35,033 nt of DNA from Dehalococcoidia bacterium (GCA_030626915.1 DAOUTC010000001.1:1-35033); one strand, 5' to 3'. Positions 16,423 through 26,850 are shown, numbered from the stretch's first letter. Translations and numbers: made by a program. Notes: generated by a model from the sequence alone, not told the origin.

Positions 16423-16755
16423 GTGAGAGTGAAAGCTGTAGCTAAGGATGTTGGCATTTCACCTCGGAAAGCCCGTTTGGTGGTAGATATGGTTAGAGGT
16501 AAGAAAGTTGATGAGGCTTTAACCATCTTGAACTTTTTGCCTACTCCGTCAGCTAAGACTGTAGCTAAAGTAATTAAATCAGCAGTTGCCAATGCTGAGA
16601 ACAATCTTCAGATGGCACCTGTTGACCTTAGGGTCGCTGCTATCTTTGTTGACGAGGCGCGCACACTGAAGAGATTTCGCCCTAAGTCTAGAGGTCGAGT
16701 GAGCCCTATCTTGAAGCGCTCCAGCCATATTACAGTTCTCGTTGAGGAGGAATAA
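16423..16755 (+). CDS. rplV: 50S ribosomal protein L22
   Basis: ISPRKARLVVDMVRGK motif. GTG start at 16423, with 16429 also possible. Confidence 0.95.
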   Translation: MRVKAVAKDVGISPRKARLVVDMVRGKKVDEALTILNFLPTPSAKTVAKVIKSAVANAENNLQMAPVDLRVAAIFVDEARTLKRFRPKSRGRVSPILKRSSHITVLVEEE

Positions 16756-16757
16756 AT

Positions 16758-17429
16758 TTGGGACACAAAGTTCATCCGTACGGTTTCAGATTGGGTGTTA
16801 CTCGCGATTGGCAAGCTAAGTGGTATGCTGAGAAGAATTATGCACGGTTTTTGCAGGACGATCTGAAGCTACGCCGAGCTGTTGAACAAAAATGCCCTGA
16901 TGGAGATATTGCCCGCCTAGAAATCGAACGACCGGGGGGTGAGTTATGCTTAACTCTGTACTCTGCTCGTCCTGGCGTTTTAATTGGCAAGGGAGGGCAA
17001 AAGGTAGAAGCATTGAGGTCAGAATTGGAAAAGATTAGCGGCGAGAGAGTCAGATTGACTATCAGAGAAGTTGAGCGGCCTGAACTTGAAGCTTGTTTAG
17101 TGGCTCGAAATATAGCTGGGCGAATTGAAAGCAGGATACCTTTCCGTCGTGCCATGAAACAAGCTGCTTTTCGAACCATGCAGGCGGGTGCCAAGGGGGT
17201 AAAGATAAGGTGTGCTGGCAGGCTTGGTGGGCGTGAAATCGCTAGATCTGAGACTTCTCATCAGGGTCAAATGCCTTTGCACAAGTTGTGTGCCGATATC
17301 AGCTATGGCCTTGTTGAGGCTCATACAGTCATGGGGCGTATTGGAGTCAAGGTCTGGATTTATAAAGGTGATATTGTTTCTAAGGTGAGGGAGAAAAGTG
17401 TTACAACCGAAGCGAGTGAAGTATCGTAA
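16758..17429 (+). CDS. rpsC: 30S ribosomal protein S3
   Basis: TTG start. [14 protein letters not shown]-terminus and a KH domain. Confidence 0.97.
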   Translation: MGHKVHPYGFRLGVTRDWQAKWYAEKNYARFLQDDLKLRRAVEQKCPDGDIARLEIERPGGELCLTLYSARPGVLIGKGGQKVEALRSELEKISGERVRLTIREVERPELEACLVARNIAGRIESRIPFRRAMKQAAFRTMQAGAKGVKIRCAGRLGGREIARSETSHQGQMPLHKLCADISYGLVEAHTVMGRIGVKVWIYKGDIVSKVREKSVTTEASEVS

Positions 17430-17814
17430 AGTTCACAGAGGACGATTGAAGGGTGCAGCTCACAGCGGGAACACTGTGGCCATTGGTGATTTTGGCTTAA
17501 GGGCTGAGGAATCTGCTTGGGTAACAGCAAGGCAAATTGAAGCAACACGACGTGTCTTGATACGATATTTGCGGCAGAGAGGTCAACTGTGGATACGCAT
17601 TTTTCCAGATAAAGTTGTAACCAAAAAGCCAGCAGAAACGAGGATGGGTAGTGGCAAAGGCGCCCCTGATCATTGGGTGGCTGTGGTTAAGCGGGGCAGG
17701 ATCATGTTTGAGTTAGGTGGTATAACTGAGAATATGGCTCGGGAGGCGGTGCGTCTCGCTTGTTATAAACTTCCCATTGCTGCTAGCTTTATAGTAAGAG
17801 AGGACAAGGGTTGA
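17398..17814 (+). CDS. rplP: 50S ribosomal protein L16
   Basis: GTG start. [12 protein letters not shown]-terminus. Overlaps rpsC by 32 nt. Confidence 0.97.
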   Translation: MLQPKRVKYRKVHRGRLKGAAHSGNTVAIGDFGLRAEESAWVTARQIEATRRVLIRYLRQRGQLWIRIFPDKVVTKKPAETRMGSGKGAPDHWVAVVKRGRIMFELGGITENMAREAVRLACYKLPIAASFIVREDKG

Positions 17815-18008
17815 AAACTGATCAAATTCGTGCTCTCAGCGATGAGGAGCTACTAAAAAAGCTAGAAGAAGCTCATGAGGAGCTTTTTAATCTCCGTTTT
17901 CGCCTGGCAACACGGCAACTGGCCAATCACCGTGAGGTTCCTAGGGTCAGGAGAAAGATTGCCAGAATGAAGACTATTGTAAGAGAAAGGGAGCTTGGCA
18001 TAAGATGA
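17811..18008 (+). CDS. rpmC: 50S ribosomal protein L29
   Basis: TTG start overlapping the rplP stop. L29 family helix pattern. Confidence 0.93.
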   Translation: MKTDQIRALSDEELLKKLEEAHEELFNLRFRLATRQLANHREVPRVRRKIARMKTIVRERELGIR

Positions 18009-18319
18009 GTTATATAGGGGGGAGAAAAGTTAGAACTGGGCGGGTAGTGAGTGATAAGATGGACAAAACCGTGGTGGTAGCAGTAGAAACTTTAAGGCGT
18101 CATCCGCTTTACAAGAAAGCTATCAGGCGCACCAAAAAATATAAAGTTCATGATAAAGGCAATGTCTGCAAAGTTGGAGATAAGATAAAGATTGTGGAGA
18201 CACGCCCTTTATCTAAGGAGAAGAGGTGGCGAGTAATAGAGATAATATCCAGGAAGGAATCAGCTGAGGCAGAGCCAGTAGAAACGGGGGAAAATGATTC
18301 AGACTTATACCACACTTAA
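18005..18319 (+). CDS. rpsQ: 30S ribosomal protein S17 (acidic C-terminal extension)
   Basis: [14 protein letters not shown] motif. 104 aa, with an extra ~20-aa acidic tail that overlaps rplN by 26 nt. Confidence 0.95.
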   Translation: MSYIGGRKVRTGRVVSDKMDKTVVVAVETLRRHPLYKKAIRRTKKYKVHDKGNVCKVGDKIKIVETRPLSKEKRWRVIEIISRKESAEAEPVETGENDSDLYHT

Positions 18320-18662
18320 GGTAGCTGATAATACCGGAGCCAAGGTAATTATGTGCATTAATGTGCCTGGTGGGACCAGAAGAAGGTATGCATATGTTGG
18401 TGACGTCATTGTGGTTACGGTGAAACGAGCTGTGCCACATGGTATGATAAAGAAAGGTGAAGTGGTGCGAGCTGTAGTTGTACGTGTAGCCAAGCCTTAT
18501 CGCCGCTCTGATGGTTCCTATATCAGATTTGATGAAAATGCTGCGGTCATTTTGGGTGACAAAAATAATCCTAGAGGGAGCCGCATTTTGGGTCCTGTTG
18601 CCCGGGAGCTCAGGGATAAGAATTTTACTAAGATAATATCCTTAGCCCCGGAGGTTATTTGA
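18294..18662 (+). CDS. rplN: 50S ribosomal protein L14
   Basis: [18 protein letters not shown]-terminus. Confidence 0.98.
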   Translation: MIQTYTTLKVADNTGAKVIMCINVPGGTRRRYAYVGDVIVVTVKRAVPHGMIKKGEVVRAVVVRVAKPYRRSDGSYIRFDENAAVILGDKNNPRGSRILGPVARELRDKNFTKIISLAPEVI

Positions 18663-18664
18663 TA

Positions 18665-18976
18665 ATGAAAATCAGGAAAAACGATACTGTTATTATTATC
18701 ACTGGCAAAGATAAGGGAAAGAAGGGGAAAGTGCGCCGTGCTTTTCCAAAAGAAGACAGAGTGGTGGTGGAAGGGCTTAATATGCTCAAACGCCATTCTC
18801 GGACTCGCGGTGGAGCTAGACAAGGTGGCATAATTGAGCTTGAAGCCCCATTTGATGTATCTAATGTGATGCTAGTGTGCAATAAGTGTGGTAAGCCTAC
18901 ACGAGTCGGGCTTCATTTTCTTGATGGTGGTCGGAAAGTGCGGATTTGTCACTCCTGTGGTGAGGTAATTGACTAG
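18665..18976 (+). CDS. rplX: 50S ribosomal protein L24 (four-Cys variant)
   Basis: MKIRKNDTV... with a KOW motif. C-terminal CNKCG...CHSCG. An alternative TTG start lies at 18659. Confidence 0.95.
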   Translation: MKIRKNDTVIIITGKDKGKKGKVRRAFPKEDRVVVEGLNMLKRHSRTRGGARQGGIIELEAPFDVSNVMLVCNKCGKPTRVGLHFLDGGRKVRICHSCGEVID

Positions 18977-18987
18977 GTAAGCTAAGT

Positions 18988-19533
18988 ATGACATCTAGGT
19001 TAAAAGAGAGGTATTTAACAGAAGTAGTTCCTCAGCTCAAAGCTAGGCTTGGCTATAATAATGTAATGCAACTGCCCAAGCTGGAAAAGATTGTGATTAG
19101 CATTGGCTTAGGCGAAGCAGTGCAAAATCCTAAAGCTCTGGAAGCAGCAGAGGGAGACTTAACTATAATCTCTGGGCAACATCCGGTGATCACGCGGGCT
19201 AAAAAGTCCGTTGCCTCCTTTAAGGTAAGAACTGGCATGTCAATTGGGATGATGGTGACACTACGAGGTAAACGGATGTACGATTTTTTTGATAAGTTAG
19301 TTAATGTTGTCTTGCCACGCTTCCGTGACTTCCGAGGGTTAACTATGGATTCTTTTGATGGTCGAGGTAATTATAGTTTAGGCATAAGGGAGCAAATAGT
19401 TTTCCCCGAGATTGACTATGCTAAGGTAGATAAAGTTCGTGGCCTCCAAGTGACTATAGTCACTACAGCCAAGAATGATGATGAGGCTAGAAGCTTACTG
19501 GGACTCGTGGGTATGCCTTTTAGGAAAGATTGA
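18988..19533 (+). CDS. rplE: 50S ribosomal protein L5
   Basis: 181 aa. L5 family and conserved operon position. Confidence 0.97.
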   Translation: MTSRLKERYLTEVVPQLKARLGYNNVMQLPKLEKIVISIGLGEAVQNPKALEAAEGDLTIISGQHPVITRAKKSVASFKVRTGMSIGMMVTLRGKRMYDFFDKLVNVVLPRFRDFRGLTMDSFDGRGNYSLGIREQIVFPEIDYAKVDKVRGLQVTIVTTAKNDDEARSLLGLVGMPFRKD

Positions 19534-19534
19534 G

Positions 19535-19720
19535 ATGGCAAAAGCGTCTAAAATTGCGAAGTGGAAGCGACCACCGAAATATAAAGTACAACAACGCAAT
19601 CGTTGTCAATTGTGTGGCAGGCCACGTGCTTATATACGTAAGTTTGGTTTATGTCGCATTTGCTTTCGAAAACTCGCCGTAACCGGTGAAATCCCCGGAG
19701 TAAGAAAGTCAAGCTGGTGA
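19535..19720 (+). CDS. rpsN: 30S ribosomal protein S14 type Z (zinc-binding)
   Basis: 61 aa, [12 protein letters not shown]..., with CQLCGR...CRICFR. The ATG at 19535 follows the rplE stop. The track ORF is 5'-extended. Confidence 0.95.
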   Translation: MAKASKIAKWKRPPKYKVQQRNRCQLCGRPRAYIRKFGLCRICFRKLAVTGEIPGVRKSSW

Positions 19721-19732
19721 GGAGTTTCAATA

Positions 19733-20125
19733 ATGGTTACTGATCCAATTGCTGATATGTTGACTCGGATTCGCAATGCTATTATGGCGTGCCATGGTGA
19801 TGTGCTAGTGCCGGCGTCTCGAGTAAAACTCTCTATTGCTAAAATCCTTGAAGAAGAGGGCTTTATTAATGGCTATGAGGTTCTTAAGGATAAACCACAA
19901 TCAATGATAAAAATCCAGCTTAAGTATGCAAATGGTCAGCCAGCTATATTAGGTTTAGAGCGGGTGAGCAAACCTGGCTTGAGAGTTTATGTTGGCAGGC
20001 GTGAAATTCCACATGCCTATGGAGGCTTGAGCATTGCTATTTTGTCAACGCCTAGAGGCATTATGACTGGTCAGAAGGCGTGGCGACGTCGCCTTGGCGG
20101 CGAAGTCCTATGCTACGTATGGTAG
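19733..20125 (+). CDS. rpsH: 30S ribosomal protein S8
   Basis: [13 protein letters not shown] motif. Confidence 0.97.
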   Translation: MVTDPIADMLTRIRNAIMACHGDVLVPASRVKLSIAKILEEEGFINGYEVLKDKPQSMIKIQLKYANGQPAILGLERVSKPGLRVYVGRREIPHAYGGLSIAILSTPRGIMTGQKAWRRRLGGEVLCYVW

Positions 20126-20144
20126 ATTAACTTAGGAGAAATGG

Positions 20145-20693
20145 ATGTCTCGAATTGGTTTACTTCCCATTCCTATACCTCAAGGTGTTGAGGTAAAGAT
20201 TGAGGAGAACAAAGTAACAGTAAAAGGAGAGAAGGGTGAACTTTATCGCTGTTTTTCCCCAGATATTTCTATTGCTTTGAAAGATGGAAAGTTGATTGTG
20301 TCACGATCTAGCAATAGTAGAACTCCTCGCGCTCTGCATGGGCTTACTCGCAACCTCTTGGCTAATATGGTTGAAGGAGTGAGTAAGGGTTTTGAGCGAG
20401 TTTTAGAAATAAGTGGTGTAGGCTACAGAGCACAAAAGGTTAGCGATAAGTTGGTGCTTCAGGTTGGATATAGTCATCCTGTAGAGTTTCCTCTTCCCCC
20501 TGGTATCAATGCCACTATTGAGGGGACAAATCGTATTCGTATTAGTGGCATTGATAAAGAGACTGTTGGGGAAGTATCAGCTAGAATTCGGGCCATACGC
20601 CTTGCTGATCATTACAAGGGGAAGGGAATTAAATTCGCTGAGGAGAAGCTACGTCTTAAACCTGGTAAGGCGGGCAAAGTATCTAAAGGATGA
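20145..20693 (+). CDS. rplF: 50S ribosomal protein L6
   Basis: MSRIGLLPIPIPQGVEV N-terminus. Confidence 0.97.
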   Translation: MSRIGLLPIPIPQGVEVKIEENKVTVKGEKGELYRCFSPDISIALKDGKLIVSRSSNSRTPRALHGLTRNLLANMVEGVSKGFERVLEISGVGYRAQKVSDKLVLQVGYSHPVEFPLPPGINATIEGTNRIRISGIDKETVGEVSARIRAIRLADHYKGKGIKFAEEKLRLKPGKAGKVSKG

Positions 20694-20699
20694 TATAAT

Positions 20700-21065
20700 A
20701 TGGCTAAGGCAAATCCAAGGCTGATTCGAAAAGTACGGCATAGGCGGGTGAGAAATAAGATAGTGGGCACAGCCTTGCGGCCCCGATTATGTGTCTTTCG
20801 GAGCTTGAATCATTTCTATGCCCAAATTATAGATGATTCTACAAGTCAAACCTTAGTTTCGGCGAGCACTCTTGATACTGAGATAAGGGATAAGACCAAG
20901 CAAATGGTGAAGGCTAAGGAAGCCGGGCTTGTGGGTTCATTACTTGCTCGAAGAGCGTTGGATAGAGATATTAACAGCGTGTTTTTTGATCGTGGTGGTT
21001 ATAAATATCATGGCAGAGTCAAGGCTTTTGCTGAAGCTGTCAGGCAAGCAGGATTTTTGTTTTGA
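20700..21065 (+). CDS. rplR: 50S ribosomal protein L18
   Basis: 121 aa. L18 family ([23 protein letters not shown]). Confidence 0.96.
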   Translation: MAKANPRLIRKVRHRRVRNKIVGTALRPRLCVFRSLNHFYAQIIDDSTSQTLVSASTLDTEIRDKTKQMVKAKEAGLVGSLLARRALDRDINSVFFDRGGYKYHGRVKAFAEAVRQAGFLF

Positions 21066-21121
21066 GGTGATGCACTCTGCGATGTCATTGCACTTGAGGT
21101 AAAGGGCACGAGGTCTATTTT

Positions 21122-21670
21122 ATGAGAGCAATTAATAAAGTAGTGGGTAAAAGAGTCAAAATTGATGCTTCAGAGCTGGATCTGGAGGAAAGGTTAATAA
21201 CCCTTGATCGTGTAAACAAGGTAGTTAAGGGGGGTAGGCGACTTCGCTTCCGAGCTTTAGTGGCAGTCGGAGATGGTAAAGGACATGTAGGAATTGGTTT
21301 AGCTAAAGCTACTGGTGTTCCTGAGGCAATTCGTAAGGCTAACGCTGCAGGGCGGAAAGACCTAATTGAAGTACCCGTTGTGAACACTACTATTCCTCAT
21401 GAAATTTTAGCTAGATTTGGAGCATCCAAGGTTTTACTCAAGCCAGCAGTACCCGGCACCGGTATAGTTGCTAGCAATACTATTCGAGCAGTGCTTGAAT
21501 TGGCAGGTATAAAAGATATCCTTAGTAAATCTCTGGGTAATTCCAATCAGGTTAATGTAGTTAAGGCAACCATGCTTGCCTTAACTAACTTGAGGAAATC
21601 CAGGGAAGTTGTGACCGAAGGTGAAACTGGCTTTGAAGCTCAAGAGGAGAACGTAAATGAGACAAGATGA
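21122..21670 (+). CDS. rpsE: 30S ribosomal protein S5
   Basis: [14 protein letters not shown] motif. The acidic C-terminal tail overlaps rplO by 14 nt. Confidence 0.96.
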   Translation: MRAINKVVGKRVKIDASELDLEERLITLDRVNKVVKGGRRLRFRALVAVGDGKGHVGIGLAKATGVPEAIRKANAAGRKDLIEVPVVNTTIPHEILARFGASKVLLKPAVPGTGIVASNTIRAVLELAGIKDILSKSLGNSNQVNVVKATMLALTNLRKSREVVTEGETGFEAQEENVNETR

Positions 21671-22100
21671 AGTAAGGTCTCCTTTGGGTGCCAAACATAA
21701 GGCAAAGCGAGTGGGTAGAGGGGATGGCAGTGGGCATGGTACTTATTCGGGACGAGGCTGCAAGGGGCAAAAGGCTCGTTCTGGGGGTGGTGTGCGTCTT
21801 GGATTCGAAGGTGGTCAGTTGCCTCTTATAAAGCGACTGCCAAGAAAGAGGGGGTTCACTAACATCTTTAAAACTGAATATAATATTGTTAACGTGGCTA
21901 GGCTTGATGTTTTCCCCTCGGGGAGCGAAGTAAATCTAGAAGAACTGCTCAAAGCAGGGCTGATCAAGTCTCTTGCATGTCCCACTAAAATTCTTGGTGA
22001 TGGTGATATTCATCACTCTTTGTCAGTCAAGGCTAATAAATTCTCTACTGCTGCAGAGAGGAAGATTGTCGCTGCTGGAGGAAAGGTAGAGAGGGCTTAA
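21657..22100 (+). CDS. rplO: 50S ribosomal protein L15
   Basis: [12 protein letters not shown]...GQKARSG motif. Confidence 0.96.
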   Translation: MRQDEVRSPLGAKHKAKRVGRGDGSGHGTYSGRGCKGQKARSGGGVRLGFEGGQLPLIKRLPRKRGFTNIFKTEYNIVNVARLDVFPSGSEVNLEELLKAGLIKSLACPTKILGDGDIHHSLSVKANKFSTAAERKIVAAGGKVERA

Positions 22101-23417
22101 ATGCAGCGTAAAGAAACTCAGCCACGCCTCATCCGGGCAATGATAGATATATTTAGCTTGCCGGATTTAAGGCAAAAACTCCTTTTTACCTTGGGTATCT
22201 TGGTGGTTTTCCGTTTTATGGCTCATGTGCCTTTGCCCGGGGTGGACCTCGACGCTTTGCAACGACTCTTTGAGCAGAACCAAATTTTAGGCATGCTCGA
22301 TCTCTTCAGCGGTGGTGCTATGAGGAGGTTTAGCGTGGCTGCCTTAGGTGTTTATCCTTATATCACTGCGTCAATAATAATGCAATTGCTGGTTCCAGTT
22401 ATTCCTAGCCTTCAGAGCATGGCCCGGGAAGGAGAAGCTGGTCAACGCAAGATCAATCGCATCACCAATTTGCTGACGGTGCCTTTGGCAGCTTTGTCAG
22501 GCTATGGTCAACTCGCCTTGTTGCATAGTCAAAATGTCGTTGGATACCTTGAGCCACTAACCATCGCTGTTGTAGTGACATCGTTGACTGCTGGCACAGT
22601 ATTTCTCGTCTGGCTGGGCGAACTAATCACCGAGCGAGGCATCGGCAATGGAATATCAATCATCATTTTTGCTGGTATTGTAGCTAGCTTGCCGGAAATG
22701 ATTGGACGTGGCTTTTTGGCTAAGGAAGACCCTTTAGGCTTGATTACCTTCATTATACTTAGTTTGGTTACTTTGGTATTCATAGTTGTATTTATTGAAG
22801 CTCACCGCCGCATCCCCGTGCAGTATGCCCGTAGCACTATCCGTGGTGGCCGTATGTATCGACAATCAGGCTCAACTTACATTCCATTACGAGTGAACAC
22901 AGCCGGGATGATCCCCCTTATCTTTGCCATAGCTCTAATGACCTTTCCAGGGACGATAGCTAGCTACTTTGCTAGTCCAGCGGGTCAGGCCCCTAATTTA
23001 GCTAGTAAAATTATGCAAATCTTTAACCCCCAGGCGACCCTTCCTTTAGGTTTGCTTTATCGGGGCTTGTACTTTGCCTTGGTAATCGGGTTTGCTTTCT
23101 TTTATACTATGATCATATTTGAACAAATGAATTTGCCCAAAACTTTGCAGCAGCAAGGTGGCTTTATCCCCGGGGTTCGCCCCGGGAAGGCTACAGCTGA
23201 TTATTTGAATCGAGTCATAAGACATCTTACCTTTGGTGGTGCCCTGTTTTTAGCTATAGTAGCAATTATGCCTTTCATTGCTAGGGATATTACAGGTGTT
23301 ACTGTGTTGACGATTCAAAGCACTGCCTTGCTTATAGCTGTTGGTGTTGCTTTAGATACTATGAAGCAACTGGAAGCTCAGCTAACAATGCGCCGCTATG
23401 AGGGTTTCCTAAAATAA
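22101..23417 (+). CDS. secY: Preprotein translocase subunit SecY
   Basis: 438 aa, multi-pass membrane protein in the conserved post-rplO position. Confidence 0.97.
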   Translation: MQRKETQPRLIRAMIDIFSLPDLRQKLLFTLGILVVFRFMAHVPLPGVDLDALQRLFEQNQILGMLDLFSGGAMRRFSVAALGVYPYITASIIMQLLVPVIPSLQSMAREGEAGQRKINRITNLLTVPLAALSGYGQLALLHSQNVVGYLEPLTIAVVVTSLTAGTVFLVWLGELITERGIGNGISIIIFAGIVASLPEMIGRGFLAKEDPLGLITFIILSLVTLVFIVVFIEAHRRIPVQYARSTIRGGRMYRQSGSTYIPLRVNTAGMIPLIFAIALMTFPGTIASYFASPAGQAPNLASKIMQIFNPQATLPLGLLYRGLYFALVIGFAFFYTMIIFEQMNLPKTLQQQGGFIPGVRPGKATADYLNRVIRHLTFGGALFLAIVAIMPFIARDITGVTVLTIQSTALLIAVGVALDTMKQLEAQLTMRRYEGFLK

Positions 23418-23523
23418 AGTCAAAGATAAAAATGCAAAAATAAAAATGACAAATGCAAAAGTTAAAAATTTAATTTTTAATCTGTAAATTTGACTTTTGA
23501 TGTTTAAATTTTGATTTTTTTCG

Positions 23524-24198
23524 ATGTATATTGTTATGTTGGGTGCTCCGGGAGCTGGTAAGGGAACCCAAGCAGATATCCTTTGTCGGAGGTTGAGTTT
23601 ACCTCATATAGCCTCTGGAGACTTATTTCGGGAGAATTTGGAGAAAAAGACCGAACTGGGGTTTTTGGCTAAGTCTTATATGGAGAAGGGGAAGCTGGGC
23701 CCCGATGAAATAGTTATTAAAATGATACTCGAAAGGATTGACATGCCTGACTGTAACTCAGGTTGTATTTTTGATGGTTTTCCCAGAACTTTAGGCCAGG
23801 CTAGTGCTTTGGATGAGGCTTTGGCTGAACGAGGAAGAAGCATAGATAAAGCGATATATATACAGGTGCCCCAGGATAAGCTGGTGAAGCGCCTCAGTGG
23901 CCGGTGGATTTGCCGAAATTGCCAAACACCTTATCATCTGATAACTTCTCCGCCCAGAATAATGGGGAAATGCGATAAATGTGGTGGCGAGTTATATCAA
24001 CGTCCTGATGATAAAGAAGAAACAGTAAGGGAGCGGTTGAAGATTTTCTTTGCTCAAACTATGCCTGTTGTCCATTATTACAGGAAGCAGAAAAAACTAA
24101 TCGAGGTCAATGGCGACCTGGGAATACAAGGTGTAGCTGAGGAAATAATCTCTGCGCTTAAACCTTTCATAACTACAGGTCCGAAGGCTCCTGATTAA
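23524..24198 (+). CDS. adk: Adenylate kinase (zinc-lid type)
   Basis: P-loop GAPGAGKGT and lid CRNC...CDKCG. No obvious Shine-Dalgarno in the T-rich upstream 20 nt. Confidence 0.95.
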   Translation: MYIVMLGAPGAGKGTQADILCRRLSLPHIASGDLFRENLEKKTELGFLAKSYMEKGKLGPDEIVIKMILERIDMPDCNSGCIFDGFPRTLGQASALDEALAERGRSIDKAIYIQVPQDKLVKRLSGRWICRNCQTPYHLITSPPRIMGKCDKCGGELYQRPDDKEETVRERLKIFFAQTMPVVHYYRKQKKLIEVNGDLGIQGVAEEIISALKPFITTGPKAPD

Positions 24199-24199
24199 G

Positions 24200-24937
24200 A
24201 TGATAACTATAAAGTCCCCTGAGGAAATAGCAATTATGCGACAATGCGGCAAGATTCTAGCGGCAATTTTGGATAAATTAAGGATGGAAGTAAAACCGGG
24301 GGTTAAAACTCGCTGGCTAGATACAGTCATGGCTGAAGAATCACAAAAAAGGGGAGTTAAGCCTTCTTTCAAGAATTATCAAGGTTTCCCTGCTAATCTA
24401 TGTGTTTCTGTTAATGATGAAGTAGTTCATGGCATTCCTAGTGAGCGTGTATTAAAGGAAGGAGATATTGTCTCCTTGGATGTGGGGGTCATTTATAGTG
24501 GCTTTCACACCGATGCTGCTATAACAGTTGGTGTAGGTAAGATAAATAATCAAGCTAAAGAGCTTATAGCTACTACTGAAGGTAGCTTGAAGGCTGGTAT
24601 TACTCAAGCTAACTGTGGCACGCATGTTGGAGACATTGCGGCTGCTGTTCAGGATTACGTTGAATCAAGAGGGTTTTGCGTGGTTAGAGAATACACTGGG
24701 CATGGAGTGGGCAGGGAATTACATGAAGAACCACAGATACCAAACTTTGCCTTTGGTAAAGGCCCCTTACTTCGTAGGGGTATGACTTTGGCTATTGAGC
24801 CTATGGTCAATGCCGGGGACTGGCATACTAGATTGGCTCCCAATCAATTGACAGTGCTAACGGCCGATGGAAGTCTTTCAGCGCACTTTGAACATACTAT
24901 TGTTATTACTGATGGCAAAGCTGAGATACTTGCTTAA
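24200..24937 (+). CDS. map: Type I methionine aminopeptidase
   Basis: 245 aa. Metal ligands in DVGV, HTDAA, GHGVG and EP contexts. Confidence 0.95.
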   Translation: MITIKSPEEIAIMRQCGKILAAILDKLRMEVKPGVKTRWLDTVMAEESQKRGVKPSFKNYQGFPANLCVSVNDEVVHGIPSERVLKEGDIVSLDVGVIYSGFHTDAAITVGVGKINNQAKELIATTEGSLKAGITQANCGTHVGDIAAAVQDYVESRGFCVVREYTGHGVGRELHEEPQIPNFAFGKGPLLRRGMTLAIEPMVNAGDWHTRLAPNQLTVLTADGSLSAHFEHTIVITDGKAEILA

Positions 24938-24945
24938 AGAAAAGT

Positions 24946-25164
24946 ATGGCTAAAAAAGAAAGAATAGAAGTTGAGGGCAAAGTAATTGTATGTTTACCTA
25001 ACACTATGTTTCGTGTTGAATTAGCTAATGGGCATACAGTATTGGCACATATTTCGGGGAGGATGAGGAAGCATTATATTAAGATTTTGCCTGGGGATAG
25101 GGTTTTAGTGGAGCTTTCTCCCTATGATTTGAGTCGTGGCAGGGTTACCTATCGGCTTAGGTAG
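24946..25164 (+). CDS. infA: Translation initiation factor IF-1
   Basis: 72 aa with an S1-like fold ([16 protein letters not shown]). Confidence 0.97.
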   Translation: MAKKERIEVEGKVIVCLPNTMFRVELANGHTVLAHISGRMRKHYIKILPGDRVLVELSPYDLSRGRVTYRLR

Positions 25165-25173
25165 CTTCTACCT

Positions 25174-25202
25174 TTGACAGGGTGATCAGGAAGGTTTATC
25201 AT
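25174..25202 (+). promoter_or_regulatory. Putative internal promoter for rpmJ-rpsM-rpsK-rpsD-rpoA-rplQ
   Basis: TTGACA (25174-25179), 17-nt spacer, TATCAT (25197-25202), within the 66-nt infA-rpmJ gap. Confidence 0.45.
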
Positions 25203-25230
25203 AAACCAGTTTTATTTTTGGTGATTAGAA

Positions 25231-25344
25231 ATGAAGGTAAGTGCTTCGGTTAAGCGTCGCTGTAGTAAGTGCAAGATTATTAGAAGGAAAGGCGTTGTTA
25301 GGGTCATCTGTGAGAACCCGAGGCATAAACAGAGGCAAGGTTAA
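25231..25344 (+). CDS. rpmJ: 50S ribosomal protein L36 (zinc form)
   Basis: 37 aa, [37 protein letters not shown]. Too short for the ORF track. GGTGA lies 6 nt upstream. Confidence 0.95.
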   Translation: MKVSASVKRRCSKCKIIRRKGVVRVICENPRHKQRQG

Positions 25345-25396
25345 TTCCGCCCAGGAAGGTGCACAACATTTTCTTGGGGGTGGTGAGGAATAGATA

Positions 25397-25786
25397 ATGG
25401 CGCGTATCGCTGGTATAGACCTTCCCAAAGATAAGCCAATTAAGGTGGCTTTACAGTACATTTATGGTATTGGCCCAACATTGAGTCAGCGGATTCTGGC
25501 TACTGTTGGAGTTGACCCCAACATCAGGGTTAAAGATCTTGCTGAGGAGCAAGTGGGGCAACTACACAGCCTTATCGACAAGGAGTATAAGGTAGAAGGT
25601 GATCTCAGGAGAGAGGTTCAGTTTAATATAAAACGGCTTATTGACATTGGTTGTACGCGCGGGATGAGGCATCGCATGAATTTACCAGTTCATGGGCAGA
25701 GGACGCGCACTAATGCGCGCACTAAAAGAGGAGCAAGAAAGACGGTGGCTGGCAGAGGTCAAAGGCGCGGTGTAGCTAAGAAGTAA
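25397..25786 (+). CDS. rpsM: 30S ribosomal protein S13
   Basis: [11 protein letters not shown]-terminus. Confidence 0.97.
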   Translation: MARIAGIDLPKDKPIKVALQYIYGIGPTLSQRILATVGVDPNIRVKDLAEEQVGQLHSLIDKEYKVEGDLRREVQFNIKRLIDIGCTRGMRHRMNLPVHGQRTRTNARTKRGARKTVAGRGQRRGVAKK

Positions 25787-25804
25787 GGAGGTCATATTTA
25801 GTAA

Positions 25805-26197
25805 ATGCCAAGGAGGAAAGAAACTAGAAGAGGAAAGAGGATACGCAGGGGAATTAGCGAAGGTAGAGCCTATATTCAATCTACTTTTAATAATACTATT
25901 GTTACTATTACTGACATGGAAGGTAATGTTATAGCCTGGGGAAGTTCAGGCGCTGCTGGATTTAAGGGTTCTAGGAAAGGTACCCCTTATGCCGCTCAAT
26001 TAGCTGCTCGAGGAGCAGCGCGGCAAGCAGCAAGTGGTGGGTTACGCCAAGTTGAAGTTTATATTAAAGGTCCTGGAAGCGGGCGTGAGGCAGCTATCCG
26101 TACGTTACAGACTTGTGGCCTTACTGTTACCGGTATTAGAGATGTGACTCCTATCCCTCATAATGGCTGTCGTCCTCGCGGAAGAAGAAGGGTGTGA
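25805..26197 (+). CDS. rpsK: 30S ribosomal protein S11
   Basis: NNTIVTITD and [10 protein letters not shown] motifs. Confidence 0.97.
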   Translation: MPRRKETRRGKRIRRGISEGRAYIQSTFNNTIVTITDMEGNVIAWGSSGAAGFKGSRKGTPYAAQLAARGAARQAASGGLRQVEVYIKGPGSGREAAIRTLQTCGLTVTGIRDVTPIPHNGCRPRGRRRV

Positions 26198-26198
26198 C

Positions 26199-26828
26199 AT
26201 GGCAAGGTACACAGGGCCTACTTGTCGTTTATGCCGTTATCTCGGTGAGAAGCTGATGCTTAAAGGGGAGAAGTGTTCTATGCCTAAGTGTCCTTTGGAG
26301 AGGAGGAATGCTCCTCCAGGAGCGCATTCCTTGGTGCGGCGGCGCAAGATTTCACTTCGTGGATTTCAATTGCGTGAGAAACAAAAGGTTCGTTTTGGCT
26401 ATGGAGTTCTGGAGCGACAATTCCGTCGCTTTTTCAATGAGGCAATGAAAATGCCCGGCGTAGGTGGGGAAAACCTGTTGATATTGTTGGAGAGGCGACT
26501 GGATAATGTGGTTTACCGTTTAGGTTTTGCTGATTCACGTGCCCAAGCCAGGCAAATAGTGCGACATGGTCATATCTTAGTTAATGGGCGTAGAGTAAAT
26601 ATACCCTCCTGTCTGGTGAAATCGGGAGACGTTATTAAGTGGCAAGAAACTAGCAAAGGTACTGAATACTATCGAAGGTTAGTGGAGAAAATTAAGGGGA
26701 AGGTTACCCCTGGCTGGCTGAGTTTAGATGAAGAAAAAATGACGGGCAGAGTTCTAGCTTCGCCTGATAAAGCTGACATTGATCCTAAATTTAATGGGAA
26801 AACCATCGTTGAGTATTATTCCAGGTGA
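26199..26828 (+). CDS. rpsD: 30S ribosomal protein S4
   Basis: MARYTGPTCRLCR starts at the ATG at 26199, right after the rpsK stop. The track ORF is 5'-extended. Confidence 0.96.
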   Translation: MARYTGPTCRLCRYLGEKLMLKGEKCSMPKCPLERRNAPPGAHSLVRRRKISLRGFQLREKQKVRFGYGVLERQFRRFFNEAMKMPGVGGENLLILLERRLDNVVYRLGFADSRAQARQIVRHGHILVNGRRVNIPSCLVKSGDVIKWQETSKGTEYYRRLVEKIKGKVTPGWLSLDEEKMTGRVLASPDKADIDPKFNGKTIVEYYSR

Positions 26829-26850
26829 AATAGGGGGAGGTTCATCGCCA

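Noticed and set aside
16155-16604. A 149-aa minus-strand ORF antisense to rpsS/rplV. Similar long antisense ORFs occur at 6518-6991 (+), 8472-8840 (+), 27495-27836 (-), 16838-17194 (-) and 2563-2892 (+).
   Set aside because: Each lies entirely opposite a highly conserved gene, has no ribosome-binding site or family resemblance, and has a biased composition typical of antisense frames. These are ORF-caller artefacts.
21066-21121. The 56-nt rplR-rpsE spacer has swapped direct repeats (TTGAGGT..TGCACT then TGCACT-TTGAGGT) and an 11-codon mini-ORF (GTG ATG CAC ... TAA).
   Set aside because: The repeats are direct rather than complementary, so no hairpin forms. The mini-ORF has no ribosome-binding site or recognisable product. 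It could be a duplication remnant carrying the rpsE ribosome-binding site, but there is not enough signal to call a feature.
23418-23523. Are the short repeats in the AT-rich spacer a CRISPR or minisatellite?
   Set aside because: The repeat units are 7-11 nt of low complexity, with only two copies each and no spacer-repeat periodicity of CRISPR size.
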